Shown here piece by piece: positions 59,398 through 64,000 of a stretch of 64,000 bases of DNA. The DNA comes from Pseudomonadota bacterium (GTDB lineage Bacteria; Pseudomonadota; Alphaproteobacteria; UBA1280; RI-95): positions 82,363 through 146,362 of the forward strand of contig WGLU01000004.1 in assembly GCA_016125375.1 (NCBI GenBank). The letters are read 5' to 3'. Every line of letters starts with the position of its first letter. Positions within the stretch are counted from its first letter, which is position 1. Under the pieces are notes generated by a model that saw only the letters and a list, made by a program, of their open reading frames with translations, was not told the origin of the DNA and searched no databases. A program made the position numbers and the translations under genes.

Positions 59398-59691
59398 TTA
59401 CTGACCGAAGTCCTGAGGCAGTTGGTTCTGACGCTCGGGCACCACACCGCCGTTATTACCTTCGGCGTATTTCTGACGCAGCAACACATACAGATCGTCC
59501 ACTGTATTGCTCATGGCCTGAACCTTACCTACGACCTGAGGAATCTCCTGGCCGCGAATTTCATCGGCTTTTGCACGCAAATCTGTGTTCGCGTCGCGAA
59601 TGCCCTCTTCCACGCCTGTACCACCTGCGGCATAAGCGCTGGGGATTGCCAGGGCCAAGGCTATCAAACTCATATAAACCGTACGCATCAT
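59398..59691 (-). CDS. Small secreted hypothetical protein (98 aa)
   Basis: It starts MMRTVYMSLIALALAIPSAYA|AGG, a signal peptide, followed by a helical acidic body. Confidence 0.45.
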   Translation of the reverse strand: MMRTVYMSLIALALAIPSAYAAGGTGVEEGIRDANTDLRAKADEIRGQEIPQVVGKVQAMSNTVDDLYVLLRQKYAEGNNGGVVPERQNQLPQDFGQ

Positions 59692-60047
59692 ATCTGGATA
59701 CTCCACTCGTTTACAAAAACATATGACAGGCGGCACAAGCCGGGCAACTGCCATTCCTGTCACCGTTGTTCTTCGGGCGACAGCGTCAAGAGCGCACATG
59801 TGGCGATTGGTAACAACCGCGCCAGTGACATCCCCTCACCGGAGGATGACGCATGCATCCTCCTAAGTTTATAGGGTTAGGCACCAGAATCAAGGCTGAC
59901 GGGTATCACTACCGATATTCGCGCTTGGCATGCTGTGCACAATTTGGTATACAAGATCGCAACCCCTCTATGTTACTGTCGCTTCCGGCAGATCATCCCA
60001 AGGTTGCACCCAAGTGATGCTGAAATGCTCAACCGATAGGGAATACA

Positions 60048-61100
60048 ATGCGTATTGAACAAGACCTCAAGCTCGACTTTAAGGACGTGCTTATCCGCCC
60101 CAAACGTTCCACCCTCAAATCCCGCAAACAGGTAGACCTGATGCGGGATTTTACATTCCGTAACAGCGGTCAGATCTATAGCGGCGTGCCGATTATCGCC
60201 GCCAATATGGATACCGTCGGCACCATGGATATGACCCGTGCGCTCGCCAAGCACGGTATGATGGTGGCCCTGCACAAGTACTATACAACCGATGAGCTGG
60301 CTGATTTTCTGGCAGAAGAAGGGATGCCAAACCACGCTTTTGCCAGCTTTGGCGTGACCGAGAATGATTTTGAGCGCATTGAGGCTTTGTCCAAACGCCT
60401 GAGCAACCATGTGCAGTATATCTGCATGGATGTGGCCAACGGTTATACCGAGGCCTTTGTGGACGCTGTCAAGCGTGTGCGGGATACCTTCCCGACCAAA
60501 ACCATTATGGCCGGCAACGTGGTGACGGGCGAAATGACGGAGGAACTTATCCTCTCCGGTGCGGATATCGTCAAGGTTGGCATTGGGCCCGGCAGCGTAT
60601 GCACAACCCGTAAAATGACAGGTGTGGGCTATCCTCAATTGTCCGCCATTATCGAGTGCGCGGATGCAGCCCATGGCCTTGGCGGCCATGTGTGCGCCGA
60701 CGGCGGCTGCACAGTCCCCGGTGATATCGCCAAGGCGTTCGGTGCGGGAGCGGACTTTGTGATGCTGGGTGGCATGCTGGCCGGTCATGACGAAAGTGCA
60801 GGCGAGCTGGTGGAAGAAAATGGCCGTAAGTTCAAACGTTTTTACGGTATGAGCAGTGCCGAGGCCATGAATACCCACCACGGCGGCGTTGCCAGCTATC
60901 GGGCGCCGGAAGGCAAGAGCGTTAACGTACCCTATAAAGGTGCTGTGGAAATGACGGCGCAGGAAATATTGGGCGGGGTACGCTCCGCCTGCACCTATGT
61001 GGGTGCCCAACGCCTGAAAGAGCTCAGCAAGCGGACAACCTTTGTGCGGGTATCGCAGCAGATTAACAACATTTTTACCGGTATGGAAACGGGCCTGTAA
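60048..61100 (+). CDS. guaC: GMP reductase
   Basis: The N-terminus [26 protein letters not shown] is nearly identical to E. coli GuaC. It carries the catalytic [11 protein letters not shown] block. Confidence 0.9.
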   Translation: MRIEQDLKLDFKDVLIRPKRSTLKSRKQVDLMRDFTFRNSGQIYSGVPIIAANMDTVGTMDMTRALAKHGMMVALHKYYTTDELADFLAEEGMPNHAFASFGVTENDFERIEALSKRLSNHVQYICMDVANGYTEAFVDAVKRVRDTFPTKTIMAGNVVTGEMTEELILSGADIVKVGIGPGSVCTTRKMTGVGYPQLSAIIECADAAHGLGGHVCADGGCTVPGDIAKAFGAGADFVMLGGMLAGHDESAGELVEENGRKFKRFYGMSSAEAMNTHHGGVASYRAPEGKSVNVPYKGAVEMTAQEILGGVRSACTYVGAQRLKELSKRTTFVRVSQQINNIFTGMETGL

Positions 61101-61114
61101 GAACTAGCTAGACA

Positions 61115-61148
61115 AAGAAAAGCCCCCCGTTTGCACGGGGGGCTTACG
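61115..61148 (-). terminator. Terminator after the kinase-like gene, minus strand
   Basis: The hairpin agccccccgt-ttgc-acggggggct with a T-run on the minus strand. Confidence 0.65.
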
Positions 61149-61159
61149 CTTGGGAAGGC

Positions 61160-61663
61160 TCAGGCCGCCAGCGGGTCGGTGACAACCAGCTGACCATTGG
61201 TGCGTACCATGAAGTTGGCATCACCATCGAGATCGAGCCGGTGGGCATCGAGGGTCCGCAGGGCACCGAGAAACTCTGCCATGTCGGCATTGTTCACATC
61301 GTCGCCGTCGCTGCCGTCCAGCACGAGCTGGCGCAGCGTATCGACGTTGCCGTCTTCATCTTCGACGGGTTCCAGCAGCTCCATCAGAGCCACCAGTCCG
61401 CCGTCGTCCGTATGCGCCCATCCGAACACCTTCGGAAAGAAGGGGTTGTCCGGATGGTCTTCGGCCAGACGAATGTAGTCGGCATACGCGCAGTCGCAGT
61501 TTGCGACTTTGGCAACCTTGTCGCCGTTCGGGGACATGTACACGGCACCGAAGTGCCCGCGTCCAATCTCCGACCAGCCCATGGCTTCCAGCGCGTCGCC
61601 CACCTCTTCGGCAGACGAATATTTGCCCAGAAGGCGGTCGAGAAAACGTTGATGGGTATTCAT
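61160..61663 (-). CDS. Mini protein-kinase-like / phosphotransferase-like protein (167 aa), paralog 1
   Basis: It has a Gly-rich loop (IGRGHFGAVY), VAKV (Lys), a hinge (LMELLEP), a catalytic-loop-like LDLDGDANFM and VVTDP. Its C-terminus parallels the paralog at 63582. Confidence 0.55.
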   Translation of the reverse strand: MNTHQRFLDRLLGKYSSAEEVGDALEAMGWSEIGRGHFGAVYMSPNGDKVAKVANCDCAYADYIRLAEDHPDNPFFPKVFGWAHTDDGGLVALMELLEPVEDEDGNVDTLRQLVLDGSDGDDVNNADMAEFLGALRTLDAHRLDLDGDANFMVRTNGQLVVTDPLAA

Positions 61664-61810
61664 CGTTCAGGTCTCCAGAGAAAGAGAAGGGAATCGCAGT
61701 CAGGCAGAGCCTGTGCGGGGAAACGTTACAGGGCGGTGGAAAACACCGCATGTATTCGGTAATCGCTTATGTAGAGGCGAACAAGCGCTCTGTAAAGGGC
61801 CAGCTAACAC

Positions 61811-63481
61811 CTATGCCAGAAGTTTTTTTGCAGCCTTGAGGGCATCTGCTGTGCTGGAGTGCAGGTTCTCACCTCCCAATTCGGTTGTAAAACCCATTTT
61901 ATCCAGTGCTTTATGCACGGCTGGTTGAACGCCTGCAAGCTTGAGGACCGTGCCCTGTTTCTGGCAACGGTGGAGGATTTCCTCCAGTGCGTGGATGCCG
62001 GTCGCATCAATAAAAGGAGCTGACTTGATGCGCAGAATCAGCACCTTGGGCTTACCGCCTGTTCGGCCAACGGCCTCTGCCATTTTATCAGCAGCACCAA
62101 AAAAGAACGGACCGCCGACCTTGTAGATCTCCACACCTGCGGGAACATGTGGCGTGGCAGCTTTGGTCTGCCCTTCGTGGAGAGTGTCTTCATCACCCAT
62201 GCCCAGTTCAATCCCAACCACGTCGCTCATGCGTTTGATGAACAGCAGGGCAGCCAGTGCAACGCCAACCTGCACGGCAACCGTAATGTCGACGAGCACA
62301 GTGAGCGTAAATGTCGTCACGAGGACCAGTACGTCGCTGCCGGGGGCACGCATCAGACGGCGGAAGAGGTGGAAGTCGGCCATATCGTAGGCGGCAATGA
62401 ACAGCACACCTGCCAGCGCAGCCAGTGGAATTGCGCTGGCCAATGGGGAAAGACACAGCACGAACAGCAGCAGAAACAAAGCATGCAACATGCCGGAAAC
62501 AGGTGAATAAGCACCGCTGCGCACGTTAACGGCCGTACGGGCAATCGCGCCCGTTGCGGCAATTCCGCCAAAGAGGACGGACGTGATATTGGCAACACCC
62601 TGACCAATCAGCTCGGTGTTGGACTTGTGACGCTCACCCGTCATACCGTCGGCAATCATGGCGGAGAGGAGCGATTCGATAGCGGCCAGCAACGCGATGG
62701 TAATGGCATCCGGGAAAACAGTCTGGATTTTTTCCAGACTGAAAACAGGCAACTGGGGCGTCGGGATGGCAGAAGGCAGGCCACCAAAGCGGCTGCCAAT
62801 GGTTTCCACAGGCAGGTTGAGGAGGGCAACCGCTGCAGAAGCGACGACGACACCAACAATAGCGGCAGGCATTCTAGGCAGCTTTTTCCGGATGGTCAGG
62901 ATGATGGCAACAGTCATCAGGCCAATGGCAACGGCAGAGGTATTCATGGTTGGTCCGGCCGCAATGTAGGCCTGCATCCGGGCAATGAAGTCCCCCGGCA
63001 CCTTGTCCATGTTCAGGCCCAAAAAGTCGCGTATCTGGGTAGAAAAAATGATGACACCAATCCCGGTCGTAAAACCCGCAATCACCGGATAGGGAATGAA
63101 CTTGATGAACGCACCGAGGCGGGCAAGACCCAAGCCTATCAGCATCAGGCCGGCAAGCAATGTTGCCAGAACCAGGCCGTCGTAACCGTGTTTTTCAACC
63201 ACCAGAAACAGCACTGCAACAAATGCGCCTGTAGGGCCACCTATCTGATGGCGGCTGCCGCCCAGAAAAGAAATAAAGAACCCGGCAACAATGGCGGTAA
63301 ACAGGCCGCGTTCTGGCGCAACGCCACTGGCAATGGCAAAAGCAAGTGCCAAAGGCAGGGCGACAATGGCAACCGTAAGCCCCGAGATGGCATCCTGTCG
63401 CAAGTGGCTAAGGGAATAGCCGGGAATAAAGTCAAACAGGCGTGGACGCAAATCATGGAACGGAGAGCGGCGGGTTGTCAT
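61811..63481 (-). CDS. SulP family anion transporter with C-terminal STAS domain
   Basis: 556-aa ORF with a SulP polytopic core and a STAS tail. Confidence 0.85.
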   Translation of the reverse strand: MTTRRSPFHDLRPRLFDFIPGYSLSHLRQDAISGLTVAIVALPLALAFAIASGVAPERGLFTAIVAGFFISFLGGSRHQIGGPTGAFVAVLFLVVEKHGYDGLVLATLLAGLMLIGLGLARLGAFIKFIPYPVIAGFTTGIGVIIFSTQIRDFLGLNMDKVPGDFIARMQAYIAAGPTMNTSAVAIGLMTVAIILTIRKKLPRMPAAIVGVVVASAAVALLNLPVETIGSRFGGLPSAIPTPQLPVFSLEKIQTVFPDAITIALLAAIESLLSAMIADGMTGERHKSNTELIGQGVANITSVLFGGIAATGAIARTAVNVRSGAYSPVSGMLHALFLLLFVLCLSPLASAIPLAALAGVLFIAAYDMADFHLFRRLMRAPGSDVLVLVTTFTLTVLVDITVAVQVGVALAALLFIKRMSDVVGIELGMGDEDTLHEGQTKAATPHVPAGVEIYKVGGPFFFGAADKMAEAVGRTGGKPKVLILRIKSAPFIDATGIHALEEILHRCQKQGTVLKLAGVQPAVHKALDKMGFTTELGGENLHSSTADALKAAKKLLA

Positions 63482-63535
63482 TTCTTTTCTGTCTTTCAGG
63501 AGTTAACGCCCAAGTATAGGACTGTGGTACGAAAA

Positions 63536-63568
63536 AGCAATACCCCCTGAAAAACAGGGGGTATTGGC
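63536..63568 (-). terminator. Terminator after kinase-like paralog 2, minus strand
   Basis: The hairpin aataccccctg-aaaaa-cagggggtatt with a T-run on the minus strand. Confidence 0.65.
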
Positions 63569-63581
63569 GTTTGTTCGGACG

Positions 63582-64000
63582 TCAGGCAGCCAGCGGGTCG
63601 GTGATGACCAGCTGCTTGCCCCGGGCCATGAAATTGGTCGGGTGCAGGTCCAGCCTGTCACCAAAGCCATGCAGATGGCGCAGGAGGCTGACCAGAGCCG
63701 TGCTGTCCTTCATATCCGGCATGTCCTTGCTGCGCAGGGCCGCGCAGATGCGCGCGTACTCGTCGCGCAGGGCATCGCCCATGGGGCGCAGGCGCTCCAG
63801 CAAAGTCATCATGCCGAACTCGGTCTTCATGTGCAGATAGACCTTGGGCAGATACGGGTTGCCGGGGTTGGCCATGGCATAACGGGCGTAGCCGTCGTAG
63901 CCCTGGGCGGTACCGCCGCGGGCGAGCTTGAGGGCAAAGCGGCCACAGGGTGTGGCATAGACGTTTGCAAAGTAACCGTTGCCGAGGCGCTTCCAGCCTT
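63582..64000 (-). CDS. Mini protein-kinase-like protein, paralog 2 (partial; N-terminus beyond window end)
   Basis: Reading in frame upstream of the annotated ATG gives GWKRLGNGYFANVY..KLA.., matching the GW.EIGRGHFGAVY..KVAKV of paralog 1. Its C-terminal LDLHPTNFMARGKQLVITDPLAA fits an APH-type catalytic loop. Confidence 0.55.
   Translation of the reverse strand, partial: GWKRLGNGYFANVYATPCGRFALKLARGGTAQGYDGYARYAMANPGNPYLPKVYLHMKTEFGMMTLLERLRPMGDALRDEYARICAALRSKDMPDMKDSTALVSLLRHLHGFGDRLDLHPTNFMARGKQLVITDPLAA

Overview
This is a high-GC (about 58-60%) proteobacterial chromosomal segment. Gene order and content suggest an alphaproteobacterium; that is an inference. Housekeeping backbone (all called from translated motifs): petA-GNAT-petB-petC (cytochrome bc1), class I ribonucleotide reductase nrdAB, pgi-mutL, rsmD, rluB-like, tadA, tsaC, greA, dnaG-rpoD, photolyase, guaC, and a TatT-associated TRAP transporter (tatT-dctPQM). 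Flagellar genes sit in three clusters: flgK-flgL-csrA-fliW with FlgN-like, rod-binding and flgI genes and a divergent flgB-flgC-fliE; fliQ-fliR-X-flhB; and flgF-flgG-flgA-flgH. A degenerate GGDEF protein and a REC-PAS-GGDEF-EAL protein sit next to the third flagellar cluster. No rRNA, tRNA, CRISPR, transposase or integrase was recognised. The high GC produces many long antisense ORFs, which I treat as spurious. Accessory or unexplained content: (1) two tandem MYG1/UPF0160 hydrolases; (2) a GNAT gene inside the bc1 operon; (3) an RNHCP-domain protein in a low-GC leader, convergent with a trypsin-like protease; (4) a 672-aa domain-less protein with an internal repeat; (5) a single low-GC membrane-protein gene right after rpoD; (6) four paralogous exported proteins of unknown function (one isolated, three clustered) interleaved with two Tat-signal DUF1513 paralogs, a secreted glutathione peroxidase, a periplasmic thioredoxin and the TatT-TRAP system; (7) two paralogous kinase-like mini-proteins of about 165 aa flanking a SulP/STAS transporter. 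I rank items 6, 7 and 1 as the best candidates for an undescribed system.
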